A DNA stretch of 63,994 nt, filler included, from Ionaspis alba (Eukaryota): the NCBI GenBank assembly GCA_964255285.1. It is 6 parts of 6 records of this genome, joined end to end, with 100 filler letters (N's around TTAATTAATTAA, not from the genome) between each part and the next. Parts side by side here need not be neighbours in the genome. Positions count along the whole stretch, not along the records: positions 32,824 to 43,628 come from CAXUUL010000585.1; positions 43,729 to 54,523 come from CAXUUL010000586.1; 4 more parts are not named here. The stretch is one strand, 5' to 3'. The notes beneath the pieces are model-generated. The model was not told the DNA's origin, did not search any database, and saw nothing but the letters and a program-made list of their open reading frames with translations. Made by a program: the position numbers and the translations under genes. How positions within the stretch are numbered: the stretch's first letter is position 1; every line of letters begins with the position of its first letter. This document shows, in pieces, positions 37,201 through 51,083 of the stretch.

Positions 37201-39613
37201 CTATCCCTTCCCAACAACCCCATCCAACAAACTCCCCTTCACAAACCCCCTCTCCGCCTCAACCACAATCAGCGGCTCCTTCGCATCCCTTACTCCATGC
37301 TTCAGCCCCCTCCCCACGCCCCGTCCTCCAACTCCCTCACCCGCCTTAGCTAGCAAACCCCCCGTAAACGCATCCTGAGGTGGCGAGGTCCTCTCCCCAC
37401 CTCTCAGCGTCATCGTTCTCTGACCCGCATTCCCATGTCCAGCCCCGTTCCCGTTCCCGGTCTCGGGACTCGATTGCAATTTCCGCCAACTCGTAGCCGG
37501 CGGAATCGGAATCGCGACTTCGGGACTTGTGGCTATATCGACGAGACCACCAGGCGGGAGCTGAGAGGGAATGAGGCCCCGGCCTTTGCGCGCGTGTTGG
37601 GGGGGTGGTTGGTATTGGGGTTGGAGGTCGATGAGGGGCTTGACGGTTTGGTGGTGGTGGTGGTGAGGTGAAGATTTGTGCGGGGAGGATTTCGTGGTCG
37701 GGCTAGAGGACGGGTGAGAAGGGATGTCGATGGGATTGGCGGTGCTGGCGGTGGTGGTTTGGTGAGCGCGTTGTCGTGTGCTGTAGGTACGGCCTAGCAG
37801 GCCGGTTGAGGAGAAGGGGTCCGGAGGAGCAGCTGCGGGCGGGTTTTGGATTAGGGACGGGCCGTGGGCGCGAGTTGTGGCGGCACCGGTGGTGGCGTCT
37901 TTGGTAAGTTTTTTCGTTGGGAAGGAAATGGGTGGGCTGGCGTGGTTTCGGAGGGGTTTTTGTGAGGCGGTGAAGGTTTGAGTGGGCAGGGAGGTTCGGT
38001 TGCGAGAATCCAGTGCCGAGTTTCGCTCGAACATGTTTTCTGCGACTAGCGGCTTGAAGGAGCCGATGTGCTGGTGGTTCGAAGAAGCAGCTGAGCTATG
38101 TCGTTGTTGCGAAGCGAGCCTGTTGTCTCGAGCTCCGTGATGCTGAGACGAGCTTGGTTCGGACTTCGGAACTTGACCTAACCCCATGGCATTCACGAGA
38201 TACCAGCTTCTCCATTCCTGAACTGCTTTGTACCATGCTGCAGCTAGAGCTTTGTCCTTCGTTGAGAAGAAATGGACAAAGTTGGTGGTGTTCAGGAACA
38301 TGGCAGACTTCTGCTGGCTTTTGACTGCGAAGCATAACTTGCGAGGTGGTTTGAGTCTCTTCATTTGGCGTGGAGTCGGAATGTAGATGTCGAAGTCACT
38401 CATGTGACAGATGTTCTTGGCATCGCCACCTTTCTGCTTCGACAATAGCATCTGTCCGTCTGCTCGTAGAGTGATCCATCTCTTGTCCCATGATCCGGGC
38501 TTCTGAGAATGGTAGAGGTGCACAGTAGTATCACCAGGTTGTGTTGTGGGGACTTTTTTCACATCCAATTCATCGTCGTTGGTTCCTGTTGGAGAAGGTA
38601 CGATGGACAGGTAGTTCTGATCATCCTGGTCCCAGCTGTTGAGTACATCACGGATATGTTCGTATCGTCGAAGTGGTCTTTCGAGCCCTAGAGTCTTGAA
38701 TGATTCGAGTACCATAGAGCTTTTGGTATCAATCTTCTCCGAAAGTACATTGGCAGCAGAAATGACGATATCTATAGGCGTAGTAGTGGGAGTAACAGGA
38801 AGATATATGGACTGCTCGTTGCATTTTACCAGAACCCTGCGATCCCCAGCATTGACGGCTGAGATTGGAGCATCAATGCCAGCTGCATTGCTGGGAACCT
38901 CGGCGTGTTGACCTGGAATGTGTTTCATTGACGGCTCATGAGGATTGCTAGACTTTCGTGGTGGTCCTGAACCGGAAGAGGTATTGCGGTTACTTGATGA
39001 TTGATAATTCAGNNNNNNNNNNNNNNNNNNNNNNNNNNNNNNNNNNNNNNNNNNNNNNNNNNNNNNNNNNNNNNNNNNNNNNNNNNNNNNNNNNNNNNNN
39101 NNNNNNNNNNNNATCAAAGCTCGACTCGGGTTCTGCTGAGGTTCCATTCTCAGTGGTGGAGTACGGTGCATATGTCTTCCTGACGCGGCTGGGAAGCGGC
39201 GACACGTCCCTCGCAGGATCGCGCACATCCAAAGACATATCCGTCATATCTGGGCATTGTGGATTTGGTGCAGGCTGAACAGACTCGTACAGCTCTTCCT
39301 GAGACCATGGCTTTGATGGTACTCCACTTCCATTCGCCTTCACAGGTTGTCGCGACGCGAAATCTCGCATGTTTTTGTCGATGCTTGTGTTTAATGGTGC
39401 AGCAGCCTGGTCTCCCGTACCAACAGTGGCTGACCGAACTGGACGGTCGCCTTTGTATCGCGACATGCTCCTCTTGACTCCATTCTCAGCATGTTGTGGG
39501 ACTGGCGGCGGGGCAGATGTGGCCTTCGGTGCTGCTGCATTCCTCACGGATCGATATCGCGTAAATTTCGGTGGTGAAGCCACGGTCGCTTGGGTCTCTG
39601 TCTCTGTCTCCAT
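37201..39613 (-). CDS. Protein with Ras-association-like and PH domains and low-complexity termini (spans N gap 39013-39112)
   Basis: RA-like LERPLRRYEHIRDVLNSW, PH-like WDKRWITLRADGQ...FAVKSQQK...HFFST...AWYKAV. Confidence 0.75.
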
Positions 39614-40237
39614 GTTGGGTGTTGCTTGTAGGTGAGTTTGCTGTAGCTTGGAGACATTGACGGTTGGTTTTGAGTGAGTATTGCGGTCTCTTATGTTGGT
39701 GAGGCGGAGGAAAGGCAAGGGTAATTTCAATTTGGACCGTCTAGAAGCGCATACTGCAACCCTGGCTCATCCCGCTGCTGCCCCTGGCACGCGGCCGAAG
39801 AAAGTTTGGCACCTAAAGTTCCGGCCATGTTTTGAGAACTCTATTAACTTGCGAATGACGTCGGTCTGCATTCTTGTTTACAGGCCTTCATTATTGTTGA
39901 TTGAAGCTTCAGTTGACAGAAAGACGAAGTCAATAGTTGATAGTTCTAATTTACAATGGGAAACTCCGCATAGTTGTAAACCAAGATGCTATAAGGTCAT
40001 CCTATCCTGCAAGCATGCAAAAGCCTGAAACTGCCTCGCCGGAATGCGAAGAGCATGATAGGGCCAGCCATATCACCAGGAAAGTTCCATTTCCATTTCC
40101 ATTTCCATCCCCGTCCAATTCATGCTTCGTCCTCATTAGCTCGTTCCTGAGTTCAAAACTCCCTTTACTGAATTACAAGCTCAAGTAAGTACCTCAGAAG
40201 CCTGGGAACGGTGGCATTACCACCTCATTCCCGCTCA

Positions 40238-42057
40238 TCAACCCATCCATCCACCTCCTTTACTTCCTTTCTTCCTATGGCCATGTTCGGAAGATCTCCG
40301 ACCTCCGCTACTCAATTCTTCCGTTGGGACTGCCAGGAATCCTCCGAAGCCGTTGCCCACCATTGTGCTCTCTCTTCGGCCTGATCCCTGCCACTGCGGA
40401 CTTGGACTCCCTTCTCGGCGAATCAAGCTGAGCGGTCGTGTAGCTGTCGCACTCCCCCTTCTTCCGTTGCGATCACTGGGAGGGTCAATAATCGTGAGAG
40501 ACCATTCTAGCTCAGGTGCCGAAGCGGGTTTGGTGTAGAGGTAGAGAGGTGAGACGAGACCGGATAGGGTGTTGGAGATTGGGAAAGCATTTAGGTGCGA
40601 AGGGCTGGAGTAGATAGAGGATGTAGTGGAGTAGGCGGAGAATCGGCTTTGCGACTTCTCCAGTCCAACCCCCATGCCTCCGAAGGGTGCGGAAGGGGGA
40701 AAGAGAAGCAAATCTGGCAGAGAAGTGGAGTAGGCGAAGAGTGACGTGAGTCGAGGAAGTGTGCTGGAAAGTAGAGATGTGGCGAGGTAGTTGTAGTATG
40801 TTTCGGCTGCAGCGCTTGCCGAGGTCGTGGAAGGTAGGATTTCGTAGTGGAGCGTTCGGAGAGATTTTGATGCAAGTGGTGTGATTGGCGTTAGTGGGAA
40901 AGAGCGTGTGATGGTCTCATCGATCTTGAGTGACTCGAGGTAGGGCGCTTTTGCAAGAATTTCGTGTAGATTTTGTGGTAGGACACCGGTTTCGGAAAGC
41001 GTTAGATGTGTAAGGACTTCGCGGACCTCTGGACGAGACAAATAAGAGACCAAGCCAGAAGCTGTTATCGTGGGAGTGTTCTCGATTATGAGGGTCAGAA
41101 GAGGCGGGAAAGGTGGAAGTAGACTACTGGGTGTCAAGACTGAATCATCCAAGGATGATATTGCGCTGAGTGTGACCTCATGGAGAGCGGGGAAAGATGC
41201 CAGAACATAAAGTAAGCTGTCCGGTTGTATGGCAAGGCCTTTCAATTCCAGGACCTCGAGATTCTGCCATTGCCTTGTGTGTGCAAGCATGATGAAGCTT
41301 TCCTCTGCTCTGGCCGAGTATCTCATCTTTCGAATGTCGGGACATTGGTGCTGCAATTCTTGCTTTAAAGTCATGCAGTTAGAGTCGTCGCTGAAAAAGC
41401 CGTCTGGTAGGTCCACATATCGCAGGTTGGGTAGGACCGAGACAGTCCTCGCGAGGTCTGCCTTGTATGCCTCTCTAGTCATGTAAGGCATCTTGAGAAT
41501 CTGTACGCGAGACGCAAGATACTGTTGGGCTCTGACAGTTCTACAGAATAGCTGTAGCCGTTGTTCCGTAGGGTCTTTGGGGTCTCCATTGCGGTCGAAG
41601 AATGATCGGCGTTTTCTCTTTTCTGATAGCTCGATTTCCCGTTCACAATAGTGGACTGCGTCGAGTCGTATGCTATGGTATCTATATCCGAATTAGTGGA
41701 CTGGTTTCTCCTGGACCTTCAGTATCCTTTACCGACTCACAGCGTATTCTGGACAGCTTCTGCCCAAGTCCGGTTCACCAGAGCACAATGCGCCAGGTCC
41801 CTCATGTCGCAGAGCATACAGTCATCTCCGACCATAGAAGTCTCGCATGTGCTATAGCTTTCGTCTTTGGAATGGGGGCAGATGTACGTGAAAATTACCT
41901 GTAAGACATTCACTGGTAACTTCGATGCGGCAGTTGACCCTCCTGCCCCTCGTCGGTAGGCCATCTCTGGAGAGTGCCCATTGTTCTTGTATACGCGGGC
42001 CTCCAGAGCACCATTCTTCAGCTTTGAACGCGACCGCATATGCTCGAGGAACTTCAT
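40238..42057 (-). CDS. F-box protein with LRR-like region (2 exons)
   Basis: F-box-like LPVNVLQVIFTYICPH...DLAHCALVNRTW, then LPNLRYVDLP and LxxLxL repeats. Confidence 0.85.
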
Positions 42058-42428
42058 GATCGGAGTGCAGACTCATTAAATCTTAGTATTGAGATTGAGG
42101 GAGGGGGAATCGACACCTTTAAGGGCCCATCCAGAAGCGCGAGACGGAGGCACAGACGCGTTGCTAACAATCGTCGGTCTCTGCTATTGCCGCCCTGATT
42201 CAGGGTCTACCCCGGTTAGAGGCGGGATCGAGAAGCAGGGAATACGTTGTCATCACTCTGTTTACGCGCATGTTGAGATGGTTGGAACACTTGGCGGGTA
42301 TGAGGTCTATATAAGAACAAGCAGCTTTGCTGTACCTGATTGTCCTACACAGCCTTGACGTCGCCTTTGCGAGATCATTCTAGAACAACTGGCATGCTTT
42401 GCCTCAAGCAACCGTCGGCTGCCCATCG

Positions 42429-43628
42429 ATGTCTCAATTTGTTGTCTTTAATGATCCCCTTGAAGGAGGAGCCTGCACAACAGACCCTGACATTGCGGGT
42501 ATTGGCGTAAGCACTCCTTAGTAGGTATATCGAAGAATTTCTCTTGATTGTGCGCACAGGTTGTCCTGTCTTTTGTTATCTCAAGCGTGATCACCACCGC
42601 TTGCTCTATCTATGCAGCTGTCCTGGACGCGAGGCTCCTCGAGGCGAAAGCTTTCCTACCCGCAAGATGGCAGAGATGGCTCCGCGAAGACATCAGCGAA
42701 GCTACGCAGAAGCGGTGCTTCAGAAGACGGAAAGTCTTGGATCGATTGATGCTTGGCCTTGCTGATCAGCAACTCGCTACAGGAATTTGCTTGCTTGTGA
42801 GCGGGTATGTCAAGATGGGAATATCGGACTCCGACTTCGAGTTTCTGAATGGTGCACATTTCACATTGATAGTCTATCTCAGCTGTCTTTCGAGCTGTTC
42901 ACATCTGGCAGCTGTCTTGACGCTGCGGGAATATCTACAAATTCACAGGGTAGCTGGTATCCTCCGTGTATGCTTGATATCGATTTATGCCGTCTTCCTA
43001 TCGATCTCATGCGCCATTTCGTCCAGCTTTGCGCCTTTCTTGAACGATGCTTTGATCCAACTTGACGGTGAGAAGGGGGGTGTAGCGTACTCTATTATCC
43101 TGAAGCTCCTCCCAACATTGTTGCTGCTTTATATATTCTGGCTTGCTATAGTCCCGCTGGACGAAAGTGTTCGGATAAGAACTTCGAGTGCGGTTCGCGC
43201 GTTCTGGTCATTTGTCTGTGGTCTGTTCCTACTTCGCAAGGTACGAGTATTCATCCGGACACGCTGCGACAAAAGGCTCTACTCGTGGCTCTACAAACTT
43301 GCCGCGCTGGGAAAGGCAATCTTCTGGAAATGTTTATTTGCTCCAACATTCTTGGTATTTCTGGTCCAGATTGGGTTTGCAGTCGTGTCCTTGTTCTTCG
43401 TTTTGGTTCAGAAGTTTTATAAGAATCCCAACGAAGCTGGCTGTGACCTTGCAGGTCCAGAAGAAAATGCATGGGGCTTCGGGCAGACACTGCCCATGTT
43501 TCTACTCCTCCTCCCAGGACTCTCTGCGCTTGAAGCATATTTTGGTAAGCACTCAATGCTGCGCTGGGATTGTTCTACTGACTTTGCTTCAAGATGTGAA
43601 AAGTTCAATAGGGATGGAAGCTTCGACT
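42429..43628 (+). CDS. Uncharacterised fungal multi-pass membrane protein (3'-truncated)
   Basis: Exon 1 ends DPDIAGIG. Several hydrophobic helices follow, with motifs LADQQLATG and WGFGQTLPM. Confidence 0.75.
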
Positions 43629-43728
43629 NNNNNNNNNNNNNNNNNNNNNNNNNNNNNNNNNNNNNNNNNNNNTTAATTAATTAANNNNNNNNNNNNNNNN
43701 NNNNNNNNNNNNNNNNNNNNNNNNNNNN
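43629..43728. other. Artificial contig linker
   Basis: N44-TTAATTAATTAA-N44. Confidence 0.98.
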
Positions 43729-43735
43729 TACCACA

Positions 43736-45636
43736 ATGGACAAGACCATCGGTGTCCTGGGTGGTGGCCAGCTAGGTCGTATGCTTACAGAGGCTGCGAA
43801 CAGGCTCAATATCAAGATTGTGACTCTGGATGCAGCAGGTTCTTCAGCGAAGCAAATCAATTCAAATCCTGATCATGTGATTGGCTCCTTTGCAGATCCT
43901 TCTGCCATTCGTCAGCTCGCTGAAAACTGTGACGTCTTGACCGTTGAGATTGAGCATGTCAATACAGATGTCCTTGAAGAGCTTAGTGAAGGAAGCGAGG
44001 TCAGAGATGACTGCCGCCGTGTTTCAGGAACGAAGATCGATGTCCAGCCCAGTTGGCGCACCATCAGAGTAATCCAAGATAAGTTCAAGCAAAAGAAACA
44101 CCTCATTGACCGGGGCATTGATACGGCAAAGTCCATTGCCCTTGACGCCGGCACGCCTGAAGAAGTGAGGGAGATTGGCAAGAAGCTTGGCTACCCGCTG
44201 ATGCTCAAGTCGAGGACCGAAGCTTACGATGGCCGTGGCAATCATGCAGTCAGATCGTCCAGTGACGTACCCGATGCATTGGCTGCGCTTAAGGACCGAC
44301 CACTGTACGCCGAGCAGTGGGCTAACTTCAAAGCCGAACTCGCGGTCATGGTTGTGAAGATCACCGACGCGGCTCGTGATGGAGACTGGCAAAGTGCGAC
44401 CTTGGGGTACCCCGTAGTGGAGACAGTCCACGAAGACAGTATTTGCAAGCTTGTCTACGCTCCTGCAAGGAACGTTCCAGAAGAGGTCATGCACGAAGCT
44501 CAAGACCTTGCAAGACGCGCAGTCGCAGGGTTCTGGGGCAAGGGTGTCTTTGGCGTGGAGATGTTCTTACTTGAGGATGGTGAGGAAAGTTTCCCGATGC
44601 GTCGGATGCAGCTTCTGACCGCATAGGCAAATTACTGGTCAACGAGATCGCGCCTCGCCCACACAACTCTGGCCACTACTCGATCGAGGCATGCCCGATC
44701 TCGCAATACGATGCTCAGATCAGAGCGATACTCGGATTACCAATACCTGTGGAAGGCACCTCTTTCATGACCCCTGACACCAATGCAGTAATGCTTAACA
44801 TTCTTGGAGGCGCGCAGCCAGACTCACACCTGGCAATGGCCGAGGCCGCATTGTCTATTCCTGGAGCACGTATTCATATGTACGGGAAAGGAGCTGCAAG
44901 ACCTGGCAGGAAAATGGGGCATGTCACCGTTGTGGCTGGCTCCATGAGTCAGGCTGAGCGCTACATCACGCCGTTGATCACACTTGTCGATCAGATTCGT
45001 GCCGAGAGACAGCGTCCACGACCACCATCTGGGACTCAAAGGGCTTTACTTGGGGGCAAATCGGGACCGGCAGGCGTTAGCAAGACTCCTCTCGTGGCCA
45101 TTACCATGGGTTCAGATTCTGATCGACCCGTTCTTGAACCTGGGATCGAGCTACTAAAGCAGCTTGGCATACCTCACTTCGTCACCATCACATCAGCGCA
45201 TCGTACTCCAGAGAAGATGTTTCAATTCGCCCGTGAGGCGGCGCCTAAGGGCTTCAAAGTGATCATTGCCGCAGCCGGTGGGGCAGCGCACTTGCCGGGC
45301 ATGATCGCAGCTATAACACCCCTGCCCGTCATCGGGGTGCCAGTGAGAGCCAGCGTGTTGGACGGTCTCGACAGTCTCCTGAGTATTGTCCAGATGCCCG
45401 TAAGTTCATCAGTTTCAAAGCCACTTGAAAACGTTAACACGTTGTAGCGAGGCTGTCCTGTAGCCACCGTAGCTATTAACAACTCTAATAATGCCGCCCA
45501 GCTTGCGGCGCGGATATTAGGGACGACGGACAGCACCATCCGTCAACGTCTGGAACAGTATCTTGCGAATCAGACGCAGACCGTGGTAGAGAAAGCGCAG
45601 AAGATGGAGACAGCGTGGTTTGACGATCAAAGCTAG
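43736..45636 (+). CDS. ADE2: Phosphoribosylaminoimidazole carboxylase (PurK-PurE fusion), 3 exons
   Basis: [64 protein letters not shown]. Confidence 0.97.
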
Positions 45637-46612
45637 CAAAGGATGAACGGTGGGCTCCCTGCTTTTGAAGGCAATCTATGATCCGAGCGTGCAGAATACA
45701 CCAGTAGGAGGTGTTTCATTTGCGCTGTTCGCTGCGCCAGAATATGGGGAATAGAAATCCGGGGTAACAGAGGTGCCGGCCACCGGCAGTAGGCCGTCTC
45801 AGCCTCCTGAGGGATTTTATCCATTGAATGGTCGTAAATCCTCCTATTTCATGATCCGTCAGCTCGAGGCATCATCAGGAACGGCAGTATCAATTGGACG
45901 CCCACGAAAACTCCGAGCGCACAACGAGAAGGGAATCTTTTCGCATATTTGAATCGAGCATAGATTTTGCAATGTCGCATCGAAGGTGCCAGAGCGAAGT
46001 GCGCATGACGACAGAATGGGATGGGGGATATATCTTGACTTCGGGCAGGGCTAATCATGACAGGTCGCTTGCAAAGACATGGCGGGACCCTCATGCATGT
46101 TTGCATCTCAAACGGTCGGTACGAATCTCCAACAGCCTCTATTAGCGCGTGCCTCAGCCTCAGGAAATGACAGGAACGCAAAAAGAACATGGCAAATTGT
46201 GGGCAGACATTTCACGGCTGCAAGAATTCGACCAGAGTCTAACCCAAAGTTCTAAGTCAGAAGCTGGAGTAGAAGCCGTTATGGTCAATTACCTCCGAGC
46301 TCTAGGTCCTGAGCGTACATGCGAAATTCTTGTATAAGATGAAGTCTTCGGCCGTATCCCTGGGTAGAACGAATAATGAGCTAATTCCCTGTTCCCAGCA
46401 CTCAATTGCTGACAATCTGGAAAAAGAAACATTAGAATTACAATCCTCTCCTTAACAGCAGAACATTCACTATTATTATTACTATTTGTCGCCGAGTCTC
46501 ACGGTTTACGACAACGGCGGAACTGTTCCATAAAATCCAAACCTTGTCCTTGTGCTCTCGGCCCTGCCTCGCCCTACTAGGCCTATTGGGGGACGCTATT
46601 CTTAGTGATTTG

Positions 46613-46630
46613 TTATCGAAAACTCTTATC
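46613..46630 (-). promoter_or_regulatory. Tandem GATAA elements upstream of GDH2 (possible AreA/Nit2-type sites)
   Basis: TTATC at 46613-46617 and 46626-46630, about 320 nt upstream of the ATG. Confidence 0.35.
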
Positions 46631-46943
46631 ACGCCTGCTGACCGTTTGCACATTTTGCACAATTCTCCCATAAAAGATCATGGTACCTGATCTGCGCCGC
46701 CATGCATCGGCACGCGACGACGAGGCTGACGCTTTTCAACTCTTCAACGCCAGCTCAGATTCAATTCATGAGCGCAAGAGATTTCTGGGCAGTAAAATCA
46801 TCACCAACCACCTTCCTTCTCAGGACTCAGGCTACAGACCGTCAGCTCGGCAGCTGACCACAAGTTGCGCCTTTTGTCCTCCCATCAAAGCCATCCCACT
46901 CGCTTCGTTCTACAAGTTACACCGACTTCCCTCCATCATCACC

Positions 46944-49900
46944 ATGTCATCACCACCGCCAATTGTAGACATTGAGCTCCCTCGACAAACGGCCAATCAC
47001 CATATGCCGTCTACAGAGAAACTACATCCCAATGGAGTTCACAACAAGCTCCTCGAACAGGTTGTCCGCACACCAGGGCGACAGCCTTCCCCACAACCCA
47101 CACACTTGAGCGTTCCAGGTGCAAGTCCGCATAGGACCTTGCAAGAAGAAGGCCCAGGATATGTTGCTCCCAAATTTGATGGCAAAGAGCTGCAAATGGA
47201 GCAGGGTAAGTCCAATCACTTTGGCGGAGCCGTGGTGGTTACACAGTAATCCTCTAACATCAACGTCAATAGTTATGGACCAGATCGAGGAAAAGGGCTT
47301 TATACCACCAGAGTTCGTCGAGTCGGAAACAAACTGGTTCTACAACGAGCTTGGCATAGACGACATGTACTTCCAGACCGAGACCGTGGAAGCTATTGTC
47401 AACCACATTCTTTCACTCTACGCCGGCAAGGTAGCAGCATACGCTCGAGACGATAAGAGATTGGAGATAAGACTAGACAAGGAAGCCGTCGATCACGCCG
47501 TCTACATCGATACTAGCAAACCAGGCGTCAGTGTTGTTGGCGGACCGAGGTACGAACAGCGCATCGATGAGAAGTATATCAATGGCTCGACAAGCAAGAA
47601 CAGCTATCGGGTGGAGAGCTTCCGATCTGGCAGTCACTTGCCAGGAGAGAAAGATCAGCAACTACGATGCTACTTCGTCTACAAGTGCCATTTTGGAACT
47701 CCAGATCCTGGCCCAGAAGAGACAAGACTCGACGTTATCGGAGAGAAGCGATTTCTACAGAAGGCGACGCAAAACACAAAGGCTGTATACCAAGAGATCA
47801 TGGATCATGCCGTTGCTCGGACTGGACCAGTCATTGAAATGATCGATATCGAAGGTAGTCGGGAGAAGAGGCTCGTCATCGCATATAGGCAAGGCTCTGC
47901 CATGGGCATGTTCAGCGCTTTGTCGGATCTGTATCACTATTATGGTGTTACGAGTTCGAGGAAATACGTCGAACAGTTTTCTAATGGCATCACCATCATG
48001 TCCATATACCTTCGGCCGTTGCCTCAATCACCGACAAACGCGAGACATCCACCGATCGAGGCAGCTATCCACCAAATTATGAAGGAAGTCTCCTTGCTCT
48101 ACTGCATACCACAAAACAGATTCCAAGAGCACTTTGCGACTGGACGACTGAGCTTGCAGGAAACCATCTACGCACATTGCGTTTGGGTCTTTGTCGGACA
48201 CTTCCTCAACCGGCTTGGCTCAGAATATGCTTCTCTCGCTTCAATGCTCGATCCGAACAATAGTTCTCATGCTGAGCTACTATCGAAGATCAAGCGCCGT
48301 CTTCGAACAGAGACATTCACATCCGACTACATCCTCGAGATCATCGACAAATACCCAGACCTCGTCCGATCTCTATACCTTGCTTTCGCGAACACCCACT
48401 ACGTACAGACAAGAGGAGAACAGGATGATTTCATTCCCACGTTGAGCTACCTCCGTCTGACAGTCGACAAAGTCCTCGATGACGGAGAGCTCAAGGCTCT
48501 GATCTCCAAATCGGTCGCTAATGAACATGACGAAATGGTCATGACCGCCTTCCGAGTTTTCAATGCAAGCGTACTGAAGACCAACTTCTACACCCCTACA
48601 AAAGTGGCTTTGAGTTTCCGCCTGAATCCCAGTTTCCTTCCAGCAGTCGAATACCCCCAACCATTGTTTGGCATGTTCCTTGTCATCAGCTCAGAGTTCC
48701 GTGGTTTCCATCTTCGTTTCAGGGATATCGCGCGAGGCGGTATCCGCATTGTCAAGTCGAGGAATCGGGAGGCTTATTCCATCAATGCGAGATCCATGTT
48801 TGACGAGAACTATAATCTGGCGAATACACAGCAGAGGAAAAACAAGGATATCCCTGAAGGCGGCTCGAAAGGTGTTATTCTGCTCGATGTTCATCATCAG
48901 GATAAGGCGAGAGTTGCTTTTGAGAAGTATATTGATAGCATCATGGATCTTCTGCTGCGGCCGAACAGTCCGGGTATCAAGGATCCGATCGTTGATCTTC
49001 ATGGTCAGGAAGAGATCCTCTTCATGGGTCCGGACGAGAATACAGCTGATCTGGTCAATTGGGCGACGGAACATGCAAAGAAGAGAGGAGCGCCTTGGTG
49101 GAAATCGTTCTTCACGGGAAAGAGCCCAAAGCTTGGTGGAATTCCTCACGACGTTTATGGCATGACGACGCTGTCTGTCCGCGAATACGTCAAGGGCATC
49201 TATCGAAAACTCAATCTCAACCCAGAGACTGTTCGCAAGCTGCAGACCGGAGGACCCGATGGTGATCTTGGCTCGAACGAGATCTTGCTTGGCAACGAGA
49301 AGTACACAGGCATTGTTGATGGTGCTGGTGTGCTTGTCGATCCCAATGGTCTCGATCGCACGGAGCTGGTCCGATTGGCGAAAAAGCGTGTCATGATCTC
49401 GGAATTCGACATCTCGAAGCTTTCGCCCGAAGGCTACAGAGTCTTGGTGGATGAATCAAACATTACTCTGCCAAGTGGTGAAGTCGTCAATAATGGCATG
49501 ATCTTCCGAAATACCTTCCATCTACGTGGCGACAAGCAATTCGACATTTTTGTACCCTGTGGTGGCCGACCTGAGTCGATTGACTTGAGCACGGTGCACA
49601 AAGTCATTGTCGATGGCAAGAGCACCATCCCGTTCATCGTTGAAGGCGCAAATCTCTTCATCACTCAAGATGCCAAGCTCCGCCTTGAGAAGGCTGGATG
49701 CATCCTGTACAAAGATGCGTCTGCCAACAAGGGTGGTGTCACTTCTTCGTCTCTCGAGGTCTTGGCCTCATTATCTTTCGATGATAAGGGCTTCATGGAG
49801 AACATGTGCATTCACGATGATGGGACTGTACCACCATTCTACAATGCATACGTCAAGGAAGTCCAGGAGACCATCAAGCGCAATGCGGCATTAGAGTTCG

Positions 49901-50385
49901 AGGCTATATGGCGCGAGCACCAGCAGACAGGTATCGAGCGGAGTACCTTGAGCGATACACTGAGTATTGCCATCACGAAGCTGGATGAGGAGCTGCAGAG
50001 CTCTGAACTGTGGGAGAGAAGGGATCTGAGACGATCGATATTGGAGGATGCATTGCCTAAGTTGTTGTTGGAGAAGATTGGCCTGGACACTATAATCGAG
50101 AGGGTGAGTCCTCCTCTACCCGCGTTCTAGATTAGGTTTGGTACTAATGGTATCATAGGTGCCTGATAATTATTTGCGAGCTATCTTTGGGAGTTATTTA
50201 GCAAGTCGATTCGTTTACGAACATGGTAGTAGTCCAAGCCAGTTCGCTTTCTTTGATTTGTGAGTTCCTCTTTCCCAACACGATTCAACAAGCAGCAGCT
50301 AATATTGATCCGCAGCATGTCGAGAAGAATGGCAAAGCTCAACCAAGAGCAACAAAGCTCTCTACCCATGGTCAACGGCGCATAA
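46944..50385 (+). CDS. GDH2: NAD-specific glutamate dehydrogenase, 4 exons
   Basis: GFHLRFRDIARGGIR, KNKDIPEGGSKG, GPDENTA, TGGPDGDLGSN, PCGGRP, EGANLF, DASANKGGV. Confidence 0.97.
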
Positions 50386-51083
50386 GCATGGGAAGGATAG
50401 AACATGCATGCATGACCCTGAGGCGTTCTCGGACAAAAGACAGCGAGGTCGGGGCGGTGTACTATCCATAGAATCTCTAGACAACAATGGGAAGGCGTCG
50501 GTATCAGACACTTTATTACAGCATCTTGAAAGGAAACGCCGTCATATAGAACTCCATCATTCAAACCTGAAATGTATGCCTGCTTTAGACCGTGATCTAT
50601 GCGCTTGTGACCTTTGCCACGGTGGTGTGGGAGATCGTGACGCTAGAGCGGAGATGTGAAACCGGCCTTCCGAAGTGCCTACCACGCCCCGAACATAAAC
50701 AAGCACACCCCCGCCATGTTCAACCTCTTTCTCAACGTCGGTCCATTGTGCGTCGCCTCAAATTGTATACAACTTGGTCGCCTATGATATATCTTTGACT
50801 CTGTAGCTGTAAATATTTATAATCAGGCCGGTAAGTTATTTCAAACGTTTAACATCAACCCCCCTCGAGCCTTTGCGACGCGAACGTCCCCTCCTCCCTG
50901 ATAACAAACCCCAACCCTCCACCCAGTCGTACCAAGTCGATCTCTGTCTGCCCTACAGGAACTTACTGACCGCCCTCTCAGCAGCCGTCTTCCCGGTCAA
51001 TCCCCGCCATATCTTCCCACTCACCAATCCATCCACCCACCGGCCCATCCACCCACCGATCCATCCCCTCCCCGTTGCGCACC

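Noticed and set aside
45634..45681. ADE2 stop in a TAG-CAA readthrough-like context
   Set aside because: The extension ends in GNL, which is not a convincing targeting signal, and the context could be chance.
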